Source: Smithellaceae bacterium (GTDB lineage Bacteria; Desulfobacterota; Syntrophia; Syntrophales; Smithellaceae). From it: a DNA stretch of 64,000 nt. Both the position numbers and the translations under genes were made by a program. The notes below the pieces were generated by a model. The model was not told the origin of the DNA, did not search any database, and saw only the letters and a program-made list of their open reading frames with translations. The DNA lies in the NCBI GenBank assembly GCA_028693285.1, contig JAQUVQ010000009.1, positions 165-64,164 on the forward strand. The letters run 5' to 3'. Shown here piece after piece: positions 26,577-37,939 of the stretch; position 1 is the stretch's first letter; the number at the start of each line of letters is the position of its first letter.

Positions 26577-28017
26577 GGCCAGAGTCCGTTTTGCTCCGTC
26601 TCCCACCGGAGAGCTGCATGTGGGCAATGCGCGCACCGCTTTGTTCAACTGGATGTTCGCCCGGCACGAAGGCGGCCGCTTCATTCTTCGGATTGAAGAC
26701 ACGGATGAATCCCGCAGCGATTCGGCCTACCAGACCAGTCTGCTGGAGGACTTGAAATGGCTGGGCCTCACCTGGGACGAAGGCCCGGACATCGGCGGCG
26801 GCTATGGCCCTTACCGTCAGAGTGAGCGGCTGGACCTCTACGAGGCACACCTTAAAAAACTGGTGGACGCGGACCTGGCGTACCCCTGCTACTGCACGGA
26901 AGAAGAGCTGGAAGAGGAGCGCCAGACGCTGATTCTCGCCAAGCGCATGCCGCGCTACCTGGGGAAATGCCGCAATCTCAGCGCAGGCGAACGCGAAGCG
27001 CTGGCCGCGTCCGGCCGGAAGCCTTCCTGCCGTTTCAAGGTTCCCCGGACAACGATCGAATTTAATGACCTGATCCGCGGGCCGATCCGGTTTGAAGGCG
27101 AAGCCATGGGCGATTTTATCATCGTGCGGTCCAACGGAATGCCCGCCTACAACTTTGCCGTAGTCATCGACGACCACCGGATGGCGGTCACGCATGTCAT
27201 CCGCGGCGAAGACCATTTGTCCAATACGGCCCTGCAGATCATGCTGTATCGGGCCTTAGGATTTGAGCCGCCGGCTTTTGCCCACCATTGTCTGATTCTG
27301 GGCAAGGACCACGCCAAACTCAGCAAGCGCCACGGTTCCGTATCCGTGGGCGAATTCCGCAGACAGGGATTTCTGCCCGAAGCGCTGATTAATTATCTCG
27401 GGCTTCTGGGAAGTTCCTTTGCCGGAGGAAGGGAAATCCTTTCGCGCGACGAAATGATCGATGCGTTTTCTCTCTCTCGGGCGTCCAGAAGCGGCGCGGT
27501 CTTTGATGAAGACAAACTCCGGTGGCTCAACGCCGCCTACATCCGCAAAACCTCAACGGAAGATCTGCTCAGGAAGCTTGAGCCTTTTTTGCGCGCCGCG
27601 GGCTTTCGGCCGGAAACGCTTGACGCCGCCTGGCTTAAAAACGTTCTGGAAACCGTGAAAGGTGAATTGACGACGCTCGCGGAGATCGGCGCTCACATCG
27701 ATCTGTTTTTCGATGAACGCTATTCCCTGTCTGATGAAGCTCGAAGGCTGCTGGCGGCGCCGGGCGCCCGCGAGGTGGTCGGGGCTTTCGGCGATTATCT
27801 GGAGCGGGCCGAAGACAATGCCGGGGATATTTACGCCGCGGCGATCCGGCACGCAAAGGAAAAATCCGGCGCAAAAGGAAGGGATTTGTTCATGCCCGTC
27901 CGGGCGGCGCTGACCGGAAAATTGAAAGGTCCGGAACTCGACCGGGTTTTTGCCGTTCTGGGCGTGGATTCCGCCCGCGGCAGATTTCAGCAGGTGAAAA
28001 AAACATTGGGCATCTGA
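26566..28017 (+). CDS. gltX: glutamate--tRNA ligase
   Basis: HIGH-type motif (PTGELHVGNARTA) and KMSKS-type motif (KLSKRHG). 483 aa. Confidence 0.95.
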   Translation: MENKARVRFAPSPTGELHVGNARTALFNWMFARHEGGRFILRIEDTDESRSDSAYQTSLLEDLKWLGLTWDEGPDIGGGYGPYRQSERLDLYEAHLKKLVDADLAYPCYCTEEELEEERQTLILAKRMPRYLGKCRNLSAGEREALAASGRKPSCRFKVPRTTIEFNDLIRGPIRFEGEAMGDFIIVRSNGMPAYNFAVVIDDHRMAVTHVIRGEDHLSNTALQIMLYRALGFEPPAFAHHCLILGKDHAKLSKRHGSVSVGEFRRQGFLPEALINYLGLLGSSFAGGREILSRDEMIDAFSLSRASRSGAVFDEDKLRWLNAAYIRKTSTEDLLRKLEPFLRAAGFRPETLDAAWLKNVLETVKGELTTLAEIGAHIDLFFDERYSLSDEARRLLAAPGAREVVGAFGDYLERAEDNAGDIYAAAIRHAKEKSGAKGRDLFMPVRAALTGKLKGPELDRVFAVLGVDSARGRFQQVKKTLGI

Positions 28018-28214
28018 AAGGGCGGCGTTCGCATTCGCTGGTTTGCCTTTTATTGTTTTCTTCGGGTTGCCGGATCATCCCCGAACCCGCCTCAAAGAAA
28101 GCCGATCACCCGCTGAAACAGTTCGTCTGCCTCCTGAGCTGATGAACCACGGCAAATCATAACCAATGCTGATGACGATTTCGGGGCGGATTTACCGGAG
28201 CGTGGAAGAAGGGC

Positions 28215-28841
28215 ATGGATAGCGGGAAGCGGAATTTTGATCAGGATGCGGCGCGGTGGGATTTGAATCCCGCAAGGGTAAAACTGGCCTCGGAGATCGG
28301 CAGCGCTATTCTTCGGGAAATTTCTCTGTTGCCTGATAGCGATGTCCTTGATTTCGGCTGCGGAACGGGCCTCCTCACGCTGATGCTTCAGCCGCATGTC
28401 CGCTCCATCACCGGCGTGGACAGCTCACAAGGCATGCTGGACATTTTAAACCGGAAAATATCCGAAAGGAATCTCACCAATGTCATCACCCGTTATGCGG
28501 ATTTGGATCAGGGGGATGTCCTTTCCGGGGCATTTCATCTGGCGGTCAGCAGCATGACCCTTCACCACATCCGGGATGTGGCGCCGCTTTTAAAACGCTT
28601 CTGCCATCTTCTGCATCCTTCCGGCCTCTTGTGCATCGCGGATCTGGACGAAGACGGCGGGCGGTTTCACACCTCCAGCGAAGGCGTCTTCCATTTCGGC
28701 TTTGACCGACAAAAGCTTGCCCGGCAGTTCGAAGAGGCTGGATTTCAAAACGTCCGCGCCGTCCAGGCGGCTTCGGTTGAGAAGCCGGTTGCGGGCACAA
28801 TGCAGCGCTTCACCGTTTTTTTGATGATCGGAAGGAAATAG
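28215..28841 (+). CDS. class I SAM-dependent methyltransferase
   Basis: Motif I VLDFGCGTGLLTL. 208 aa. Confidence 0.75.
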   Translation: MDSGKRNFDQDAARWDLNPARVKLASEIGSAILREISLLPDSDVLDFGCGTGLLTLMLQPHVRSITGVDSSQGMLDILNRKISERNLTNVITRYADLDQGDVLSGAFHLAVSSMTLHHIRDVAPLLKRFCHLLHPSGLLCIADLDEDGGRFHTSSEGVFHFGFDRQKLARQFEEAGFQNVRAVQAASVEKPVAGTMQRFTVFLMIGRK

Positions 28842-29007
28842 GCGCCGCGGGCGTTTGCCGGTTGCCGGTCAGGAGAAACGGCAGGGCCGTCATTTCCGTA
28901 AGCGCAGACGGCGAAGGATGGCTCAGGCAACGCCCCCGCCCAATTCCTGTTGGCGTTTTGGAAAAAAATGTGTTCAGATGTCAAGCCGAATCAAGGAGAA
29001 AAGCATT

Positions 29008-30366
29008 TTGAAAAAGAGCAAGACCAGCTTCTTCTGTCAGCACTGCGGATACATGTCGCCCAAGTGGCTGGGAAAGTGTCCGTCCTGCAGCGGCTGGAAC
29101 TGTTTTGCCGAGGAGCTGGTGACGGAACCGGATTCGGTCAGCCGCGCCGATCGGGTGTTCGGGGGCAAGCCCATGCCCATTTTCGATATTCCCGCCGTTG
29201 AGGGAGAGCGAACGTCCACCGGCATTGTTGAAGTTGACCGGGTGCTGGGCGGCGGCATCGTCAGCGGTTCGGCCATCCTCATCGGCGGCGAGCCGGGCAT
29301 CGGCAAATCGACGCTGATGCTGCAGGTAATGAAGAATCTGGCGATGGGCGGGCGGAAAGTGCTGTACGTTTCCGGCGAGGAGTCCGCCTCCCAGATCAAG
29401 CTGCGAGCCGACCGGATCGGCGCGCAGGCGAAGGATCTCCTGGTGCTGGTGGAAGTGTCCCTGGAGAAAATCCTGGAGCAGATTCGAAAAACCGAACCGG
29501 CCATGGTGGTGATCGATTCCGTTCAGACGGTTTATTCCAGCGACCTGATGTCCGCGCCGGGAAGCGTCGGGCAGGTGCGTGAAGCGTCGTCGCGCCTGAT
29601 TCTGGCCGCCAAGAAAAGCTCCATTCCGGTGTTTCTGGTCGGCCATGTGACAAAAGACGGCTCGATTGCCGGGCCGAAAGTGCTGGAGCACATGGTGGAT
29701 ACGGTTTTGTATTTTGAGGGCGATTCCGGGCACGCCTACCGGATTGTCCGAAGCATGAAAAACCGGTTCGGACCCGCCAATGAAATCGGCGTTTTTGAAA
29801 TGCGCGACCGCGGACTTCAGGAAGTGCCCAACCCCTCTGCCTTTTTCCTGGCCGAACGGCCGGAAAACGCTCCCGGCTCGGTGGTGCTGGCGAGCCTCGA
29901 AGGCACCCGTCCGATTCTTGTGGAGATCCAGGCGCTGGTGAGCCAGTCCAATTTGGGCATGCCCAGGCGAACGGCCATCGGGGTGGATCACAACAGGGTG
30001 TCGCTGCTGGTGGCCGTGCTGGATAAAATCTGCGGCCTGCATCTGGGCGGATCGGATATTTTCCTGAATGTCGCGGGAGGCGTCCGTGTGGAAGAGCCGG
30101 CCGTGGATCTGGCCGTCGTCTCGGCCATGGCGTCCAGTTTTCTGGACCGGCCGGTGGACGCCCGGACGGTGATTCTGGGGGAAGTCGGCCTCACGGGCGA
30201 GGTGCGGGCCGTCTCGCAGATTGAAACGCGGGTGAAGGAAGCGGCCCGTCTGGGTTTTAACCGGTGCATCGTGCCCAAAACCAATATTGCCTCCCTTGGC
30301 AAAGCGGCAAAAATGGAAATCCAAACCATCACTTCCCTGAAGGAACTGCTGGATATACTCTTCTGA
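29008..30366 (+). CDS. radA: DNA repair protein RadA
   Basis: Zinc ribbon CQHCG..CPSC, Walker A GEPGIGKST, KNRFG motif and a Lon-like C-terminal domain. TTG at 29008 follows AAGGAG. The ATG at 28978 is an alternative start. Confidence 0.92.
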   Translation: MKKSKTSFFCQHCGYMSPKWLGKCPSCSGWNCFAEELVTEPDSVSRADRVFGGKPMPIFDIPAVEGERTSTGIVEVDRVLGGGIVSGSAILIGGEPGIGKSTLMLQVMKNLAMGGRKVLYVSGEESASQIKLRADRIGAQAKDLLVLVEVSLEKILEQIRKTEPAMVVIDSVQTVYSSDLMSAPGSVGQVREASSRLILAAKKSSIPVFLVGHVTKDGSIAGPKVLEHMVDTVLYFEGDSGHAYRIVRSMKNRFGPANEIGVFEMRDRGLQEVPNPSAFFLAERPENAPGSVVLASLEGTRPILVEIQALVSQSNLGMPRRTAIGVDHNRVSLLVAVLDKICGLHLGGSDIFLNVAGGVRVEEPAVDLAVVSAMASSFLDRPVDARTVILGEVGLTGEVRAVSQIETRVKEAARLGFNRCIVPKTNIASLGKAAKMEIQTITSLKELLDILF

Positions 30367-30407
30367 GGACATCGTAAGAATTTCCCCAAAAATAGTGTCC
30401 CAATGCC

Positions 30408-30435
30408 TTGACAGGGGTTAAATCGTGCATAAAAT
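30408..30435 (+). promoter_or_regulatory. promoter upstream of groES (TTGACA-N16-TAAAAT, also partly sigma32-like CTTGACA)
   Basis: ccTTGACAggggttaaatcgtgcaTAAAATag, about 65 nt upstream of the groES ATG. Confidence 0.45.
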
Positions 30436-30497
30436 AGCGCCGCTAATTCGATAGTTTGCAATTTAATATTTACAAGGAAGAAAGGAGAAGAAACCGT

Positions 30498-30788
30498 ATG
30501 AAAATCAGACCCTTACAGGATCGGATCATTGTAAAACGATTGGAAGAGGAAACCAAAACCAAAGGCGGCATCATCATTCCCGACACGGCCAAGGAAAAAC
30601 CCATTGAAGGCAAAATAATTGCGGTCGGCAAAGGCAAAGTGGCGGATGACGGCAAACTGATCAAACCCGAAGTCAGGGTGGGCGACAAAGTTCTTTTCAG
30701 CAAATACGGCGGAACCGAAGTGAAAATCGACGGCGAAGAATACCTGATCATGAGAGAAGACGACATTCTGGGCATTATTGAAAAATAA
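30498..30788 (+). CDS. groES: co-chaperonin GroES
   Basis: [14 protein letters not shown]...[13 protein letters not shown]. 96 aa from the ATG that follows GGAGAAGAAA. Confidence 0.96.
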   Translation: MKIRPLQDRIIVKRLEEETKTKGGIIIPDTAKEKPIEGKIIAVGKGKVADDGKLIKPEVRVGDKVLFSKYGGTEVKIDGEEYLIMREDDILGIIEK

Positions 30789-30798
30789 GAAAATATAA

Positions 30799-32457
<1,659 letters not shown>

Positions 32458-32502
32458 AAAAGGCTATCGGCTATAGGCGATAGGTCATAGGGTAAAAAGT
32501 AA

Positions 32503-32539
32503 AGCCCCTTGTCCGTCCGGACAAGGGGCTTTTTATTTT
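32503..32539. terminator. rho-independent terminator after groEL (bidirectional geometry)
   Basis: 13-bp perfect stem agccccttgtccg / cggacaaggggct followed by ttttatttt. An A-run on the other side also faces the convergent minus-strand gene. Confidence 0.8.
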
Positions 32540-32541
32540 GT

Positions 32542-32889
32542 TTATTTTGATTGAAGCAGTTTCTCTCGGATTTGGGCTGACAGGGAATACCAGCGCTGAA
32601 CGCTGTTTTCCAGACGGTAGTAATGCAGAATGTAGGCGGCCGAAAGAATCAGAAGAAGCGCGGTGAGCAGGATGTACGGCGCCGTGAAATGAATGAGCGT
32701 CCATCCGAAGGCCAGAAGAAAGAAAAGACAGACAAACATCATCGTGATCAGATGGGCCAGGCGTTCCTGCTGCACCCAGGAAATCTGCTTGTCGTGATAG
32801 GCCAGCAGTTCGGCAAGCGTTTCTTTTTCCGAATGGCCTGCCAGCACATCCCTGACGTAGGCTTCATGCCGCAAGATATAGTCGATCAT
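32542..32889 (-). CDS. hypothetical membrane protein
   Basis: 115 aa with two central hydrophobic helices. 4-nt overlap with the upstream peptidase gene. Confidence 0.5.
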   Translation of the reverse strand: MIDYILRHEAYVRDVLAGHSEKETLAELLAYHDKQISWVQQERLAHLITMMFVCLFFLLAFGWTLIHFTAPYILLTALLLILSAAYILHYYRLENSVQRWYSLSAQIREKLLQSK

Positions 32890-33752
32890 TCCGATTCTCC
32901 CTTTTTTGCGTCCGGCGCTTTTGCGAAGGCCGATCCGGTTTCACGGGTTTGTTCTTCCCGCGCCGCCGCATATTGGCCTTCGCGGGCGGCGGGGTCCTGG
33001 CGGTAGTAATTTTTCAAAACCCGGTACAGCTCCGGCGCTGCCCTCCTCATGCGCAGCGGCTGGTCGAAAAAATGTTCCGTGGAGACGGCGAAAAATTCCA
33101 CCTCGTCTTTTGCGCCATAGTCGTCCAAAAACGTTCTTTTTCCTCTTTCCACGTCTTTGAGGAGTTTTTGATACTCACGCGAACAGGTTTTGACCCAGTC
33201 GCGGTACTCCGCTCTGTCCCTTAAACGGGGAGTGCCGTCCGCAACGCCGTCCTGCATATCCAGTTTATGGGCGAATTCATGATAAACCACGTTGTAGCCG
33301 CTCCCGGCATAACGGATGCTTTCGGCAACCGCGTCCCAGACCAGGATGACCGGACCCTGTTCGAAAGCCTGCCCGCTGATGGGGCCCGGGGTTTCCAGCG
33401 GCGCGAGCGCGGTTTCAAAAAAACCGATCTTTGGTTCGGGCAGGACCCGTTCGGAAGGATAGACCAGGATGGATTCAACATTTTCGTAGCCCTGGCGGGG
33501 AAGGTTCAGGATCAGAAGACAGGCCATGGCGGAAATGGTGACGCGAATTTCATCCGTGAGTTCAAGGCCGCCGCACCCTTCCCAGTTTTTTTCAGCCATG
33601 AACACGGCGATCCGTTCGCAAAGACGCTTTTGTTCGTCTTCATTGAGCATTCGGTAATGCGCCATCCTCTTTTGAATGATGTTTTCCCATTCGAAGGGAA
33701 AAGGCGCCTCCAGGATCTTTTTCCGCCGTTTTTTCGTCAGCCAGCCAAACAT
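32886..33752 (-). CDS. zinc metallopeptidase, MtfA/M90-like
   Basis: HEFAHKLD zinc motif, with length and context matching the MtfA (DUF980) family. Confidence 0.72.
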   Translation of the reverse strand: MFGWLTKKRRKKILEAPFPFEWENIIQKRMAHYRMLNEDEQKRLCERIAVFMAEKNWEGCGGLELTDEIRVTISAMACLLILNLPRQGYENVESILVYPSERVLPEPKIGFFETALAPLETPGPISGQAFEQGPVILVWDAVAESIRYAGSGYNVVYHEFAHKLDMQDGVADGTPRLRDRAEYRDWVKTCSREYQKLLKDVERGKRTFLDDYGAKDEVEFFAVSTEHFFDQPLRMRRAAPELYRVLKNYYRQDPAAREGQYAAAREEQTRETGSAFAKAPDAKKGESE

Positions 33753-33870
33753 CGCGGTCCCCCGTTCAACGGTTGTCTTTGTACCATAAAAACAGGGATA
33801 TGAAAAACAGCGGTTTATCGTTGAACCAAACGCCGGGCGGCGCTATAGTGGGGCGGGGGCAGGGAAGGTT

Positions 33871-34254
33871 ATGTACAATCTGCTGGCCGATGCGGTCATC
33901 ATTGTTCATTTTTTGTTTATCCTTTTCGTCGCGGCGGGCGGCCTGCTTATTCTTCGCCGGCCGCGAATGGCCTGGCTGCATCTTCCCGCCGCCTGCTGGG
34001 GGGCTTTCATCGAATTTGCCGGATGGATTTGTCCGCTGACCCCTCTGGAGAATCATCTGCGACGGCTGGGCGGTGAAGCGCCCTACACGGGAGACTTTGT
34101 CGTTTACTATCTGGTCCCGGTGATTTATCCGGCGGGACTCACGCCCCTTACTCAGTACATTCTCGGCGGACTGGTTGTCGCGGTCAACCTGGTGATCTAC
34201 GGCTATGTTTTATACAGGCGTTTCTTGCGCAGGGCGCAGGCGTCCGATCAGTGA
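33871..34254 (+). CDS. DUF2784-like membrane protein
   Basis: 127 aa with four hydrophobic segments. Motif CPLTPLEN. Confidence 0.55.
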   Translation: MYNLLADAVIIVHFLFILFVAAGGLLILRRPRMAWLHLPAACWGAFIEFAGWICPLTPLENHLRRLGGEAPYTGDFVVYYLVPVIYPAGLTPLTQYILGGLVVAVNLVIYGYVLYRRFLRRAQASDQ

Positions 34255-34318
34255 CGGGCATGAAGTTGCAAAGGTGAAAGAGGTTGATAAGGCGGGCACT
34301 GTCTGATATCCCAAACCC

Positions 34319-35245
34319 ATGCAAACTCCGTTTCGAATCCATGATTTGATTCTGATCGTCGTCGTGGTCCTGACCATGGCTGTCGCGGTTATTTTCCCCG
34401 ATTTCGGCTCCCGTTTCCAGGCGTTTCCCGTTTACTGTCTGATGGTGAATTTTTTTCTAAGCTATCTGTCGATTGATCCGGCGGATGTCTGGAAAGCGTT
34501 CAGGGACCACATCCGGGAAATCCTGGGTTTTACGGTGCTGAAGCTCGCGCTTCTGCCGGTGGTCCTTTACGGCGTGTTTTATCTGGTCGCTCCGGATTAC
34601 GCGCTTGCCGCCCTGCTTTTGACGGGCGTTTCCACCGGCGTGGTTTCGCCGATGATTTCCAACATGGTCAAGGGCAACTCGTCGCTGGTTCTGCTGGTCG
34701 TGGTCATTACCTCCGCTCTCGCGCCGTTTACGCTGCCGGCGCTCGTCAAGATCGTGATCGCGAAGGAAGCGGCCATTTCCTTCTGGGCCATGCTCCGGCT
34801 GCTTGCGACCGTCATTTTCGTTCCGATTGCCCTGGTCGAAATCATCCGCTGCCTCACGCCCCGGCTCATCGCGCCGATTCTGAAGATTCAGTTTCCAGTC
34901 TCACTGTTGATGTTTGCCCTGATCAACCTCGGCGTTTTTTACCGCTATGCGCCTTTTTTTCAGGAGAAGCCGTCCGTGATTATCATGGCGACCGTCGTCG
35001 TGTTTGTCCTGGCGGCGATTTACTGCGCCGTTGGAATATTTTTCTTCCGGAAGGGGCCCCTGCATAATCATCTGGCCGGCGCCGTGATGCTGGGAAACAT
35101 CAACAACGTGCTCGTGATCGTCTTCTCCTCCCAGTTTTTTGGTCCCGTCGAACCGCTGGTTGCCGCCATGTACATGATTCCTTTTTTCGTCATCGTCATT
35201 CCGCTGCGCTACTACCGGTACCGCAAAATCAGGCATCGGTCATAA
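34319..35245 (+). CDS. bile acid:sodium symporter (BASS/SBF)-like transporter
   Basis: 308 aa, about 9-10 TM helices, SBF-like pattern (LLLTGVSTGVVSPMIS). Confidence 0.55.
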   Translation: MQTPFRIHDLILIVVVVLTMAVAVIFPDFGSRFQAFPVYCLMVNFFLSYLSIDPADVWKAFRDHIREILGFTVLKLALLPVVLYGVFYLVAPDYALAALLLTGVSTGVVSPMISNMVKGNSSLVLLVVVITSALAPFTLPALVKIVIAKEAAISFWAMLRLLATVIFVPIALVEIIRCLTPRLIAPILKIQFPVSLLMFALINLGVFYRYAPFFQEKPSVIIMATVVVFVLAAIYCAVGIFFFRKGPLHNHLAGAVMLGNINNVLVIVFSSQFFGPVEPLVAAMYMIPFFVIVIPLRYYRYRKIRHRS

Positions 35246-35367
35246 GCGGTGTGTATTTTTTATGCGTCAGGGCTGAAGGGTGTTCCCCCTTCTTTTCCAT
35301 TGAAACCAGGGAATAATTCCAGTATATTTTCTTCACCGCAATACTTGTTCAACCTGGAGGGAGTCAC

Positions 35368-36525
35368 ATGAACAATTTTACGTTTTACAACCCGACGAAA
35401 ATTCTGTTTGGCGAGGGCAGGATCAAGGATATTGCCGAAGAAATTCCAATGGATGCAAAGATCCTGATGACCTACGGAGGCGGCAGCATCAAGCGCAACG
35501 GCGTATATGATGAGGTCAGGGCGGCGCTTCAGGGCCGAGCGATGGAAGAATTCGAAGGCATTGAGCCCAATCCGACCTATGAGACGCTGATGCGGTGCGT
35601 GGAGATGGCGCGAAAAAACAAAATTGATTTTCTGCTGGCCGTAGGCGGCGGTTCCGTGATCGACGGCACAAAATTTATCGCGGCCGCCGTTCCCTATGAA
35701 GGCGATCCCTGGGAGATTGTCGCAACCTACGGCAAGAAGGCAAAGGGGGCCATGCCCTTCGGAACGGTTTTGACGATTCCGGCGACCGGATCCGAGATGA
35801 ACAACGGAGCGGTCATAACGAATCGCGCCTTAAACGCCAAGCTTCCTTTCATGCATCCGTCGCTGTTTCCAAAATTTTCCGTGCTGGACCCCGCAAAGAC
35901 CTTCACGCTTCCGCCGGAGCAGATCGGCAACGGCGTGGTGGATACATTTGTCCATGTGACCGAGCAGTATCTTACGTTTCCCGTCAACGGAAAGCTGCAG
36001 GATCGTTTCGCGGAAGGCCTGCTGCTCACCCTGATCGAGGAAGGGCCGCGGGCCTTGGCCGAACCGGAGAATTATGACGTGCGCGCCAACCTGATGTGGT
36101 GCGCCACGCTCGGCCTGAACGGACTGATCAGTGTCGGGGTTCCGCAGGACTGGGCGACGCATATGATCGGCCATGAACTGACAGCGCTGCGCGGCCTGGA
36201 TCACGGCAAATCCCTGGCGGTGGTGCTGCCGGTGCTGCTGAAGATCCGCGCGGGGGAGAAGAAGGAAAAGCTTCTGCAATACGCCGAACGCGTGTGGGGG
36301 ATCGCGGCCGGGGATGAGGCTGCGCGCATCGACGCCGCCATTGAAAAAACGCGCGATTTCTTTGAAAGCATGAAGGTGCCGACGCGTCTTTGCGCGTACA
36401 ACATCGGCGCGGATGTCATTCCGGAAGTCGTTGAGAATTTGAAAGCGCACGGCATGGTCAAACTGGGTGAGACCAGGGATATCACGCCGGAGCTGGTGGA
36501 ATCGATGATGAAGGATTGCCTGTAG
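35368..36525 (+). CDS. iron-containing NAD(P)H-dependent alcohol dehydrogenase (YqhD/butanol dehydrogenase-like)
   Basis: Motifs GGGSVIDGTKFIAA, TIPATGSEMN and H..GHELTA. Confidence 0.9.
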   Translation: MNNFTFYNPTKILFGEGRIKDIAEEIPMDAKILMTYGGGSIKRNGVYDEVRAALQGRAMEEFEGIEPNPTYETLMRCVEMARKNKIDFLLAVGGGSVIDGTKFIAAAVPYEGDPWEIVATYGKKAKGAMPFGTVLTIPATGSEMNNGAVITNRALNAKLPFMHPSLFPKFSVLDPAKTFTLPPEQIGNGVVDTFVHVTEQYLTFPVNGKLQDRFAEGLLLTLIEEGPRALAEPENYDVRANLMWCATLGLNGLISVGVPQDWATHMIGHELTALRGLDHGKSLAVVLPVLLKIRAGEKKEKLLQYAERVWGIAAGDEAARIDAAIEKTRDFFESMKVPTRLCAYNIGADVIPEVVENLKAHGMVKLGETRDITPELVESMMKDCL

Positions 36526-36576
36526 TCGGGATCGGGTCGTTTGCTTTCATGAAAACAGCATAAAGAGGATCAGGAT

Positions 36577-36948
36577 ATGCAATTTACTTTTGCCCACAAC
36601 AATTTCAACGTGCTGAATCTGGAAAAAAGTCTGGCTTTTTATCGTGAGGCGCTCGGGTTGAAGGAAGCGCGGCGTTATGAACCGCCGGACGGCAGTTTTG
36701 TTCTGGTGTATCTCGGCGACGGCCAAACAGCGCATCAACTGGAGCTGACCTGGATGAGAGAGCGAACGGATCCATACAGTTTGGGGGACAATGAGTTTCA
36801 TCTGGCTTTCCGGGTGGATGATTTTGCCGCGGCGCACGCGCTGCATGAAAAAATGGGTTGCATCTGTTTTGAAAACAAAAAGATGGGGATATACTTCATC
36901 AACGATCCGGACGATTATTGGCTTGAAATCGTTCCTGCAAAACGATAG
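36577..36948 (+). CDS. VOC family protein / lactoylglutathione lyase-like
   Basis: 123 aa. MQFTFAHNNFNVLNLEKSLAFY...ELTW...FHLAF...DPDDYWLEI is the glyoxalase I pattern. Confidence 0.8.
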   Translation: MQFTFAHNNFNVLNLEKSLAFYREALGLKEARRYEPPDGSFVLVYLGDGQTAHQLELTWMRERTDPYSLGDNEFHLAFRVDDFAAAHALHEKMGCICFENKKMGIYFINDPDDYWLEIVPAKR

Positions 36949-37021
36949 GTTCTAACCGTGGGTCAAGCCGCCCTTTTCGGTGACCGGAGGGGCGACATCG
37001 CTTGAGAAAGGAGACAGTACA

Positions 37022-37618
37022 ATGAAAAAGTTTTTCTTCGGGATGATTTTCCTGGCGCTGGTCGTGTTGACGCCGATTTCGGCCATGGCGGACGTGGATG
37101 TCAAAATAGGGATCAATATCCCCCTTCCGCCGCCGATCATTTTTCCGGCGCCGCCGGAGGTGGTCGTGATTCCGGAAACCTATGTTTACGCGGTTCCCGA
37201 CGTCGATGCGGATATCTTCTTTTACGGCGGCTGGTGGTGGCGGCCGTGGGAGGGGCGCTGGTATCGATCCCGTTACTATGACAGTGGCTGGAACTACTAC
37301 GACAGAGTGCCCTCGTTTTACCGGGGGGTGCCGCCGGGGTGGAAAAACGATTATCGGGACCGCCGTTGGAAAGGCCGTGAGTGGGATCAGCGCCGTATTC
37401 CCTCCGGCGACGCGCAGAAAAACTGGCGAAGCTGGAAGCGCAACAAGCACTGGGAAAAGGAAAACCACTGGGGTGTGAGGGAGATGGACCGTCGTCCTCC
37501 CGGACAGCAGAAAAAGTACCAGGACCGCTATGACGGGCCGCCAAGAGGAGGTGGTCCCGGCAACGGCCCCAAGGGCGGACCGGGAAAAGGCCGTCCGGAC
37601 AAAGGCAATAAACGATAA
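37022..37618 (+). CDS. secreted Trp/Arg/Tyr-rich low-complexity protein
   Basis: Signal peptide MKKFFFGMIFLALVVLTPISAMA, then GGWWWRPWEGRWYRSRYYDSGWNYY... and a Gly/Pro/Lys-rich basic tail. RBS GGAGA. Confidence 0.6.
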   Translation: MKKFFFGMIFLALVVLTPISAMADVDVKIGINIPLPPPIIFPAPPEVVVIPETYVYAVPDVDADIFFYGGWWWRPWEGRWYRSRYYDSGWNYYDRVPSFYRGVPPGWKNDYRDRRWKGREWDQRRIPSGDAQKNWRSWKRNKHWEKENHWGVREMDRRPPGQQKKYQDRYDGPPRGGGPGNGPKGGPGKGRPDKGNKR

Positions 37619-37939
37619 GTGTCTTATTCGGCTGCCGGCCGGGCCGCCTGCGCAAACCACGGGCTGTCGGGTCGGCTTGCCGCTTGTTTTCCGGATCGGT
37701 TTTTTTCTGCCGATCGATTTTTTTCCGATCCGGCAAAGGGCGCCCCGGGAGTTGTCCGCAATGTAAAAATCGATTGATTTTTATGGGATTGTCCTTTAGA
37801 GTCTGCCGCGTAAATGGGTTTGCGATCCGCTGACCGTAGTTTTCAGGATGCCGGCGATACCCTCTTCAGTCCTCAAATCACTGCGCCGTGTTGTGTTCAG
37901 GAACGGAAGGAACAACAAATCAATTCAGGGAGTGAGCAA

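Noticed and set aside
28981-30372. 463-aa ORF antisense to radA, and similar long antisense ORFs at 58849-60210, 6375-7340, 14641-15882 and 36899-37660
   Set aside because: Each lies opposite a confidently identified gene and has a biased, His/Arg/Gly-rich composition.
30367-30497. CIRCE (HrcA) operator upstream of groES
   Set aside because: I looked for TTAGCACTC-N9-GAGTGCTAA and found no such inverted repeat. Only a promoter-like TTGACA/TAAAAT pair is present.
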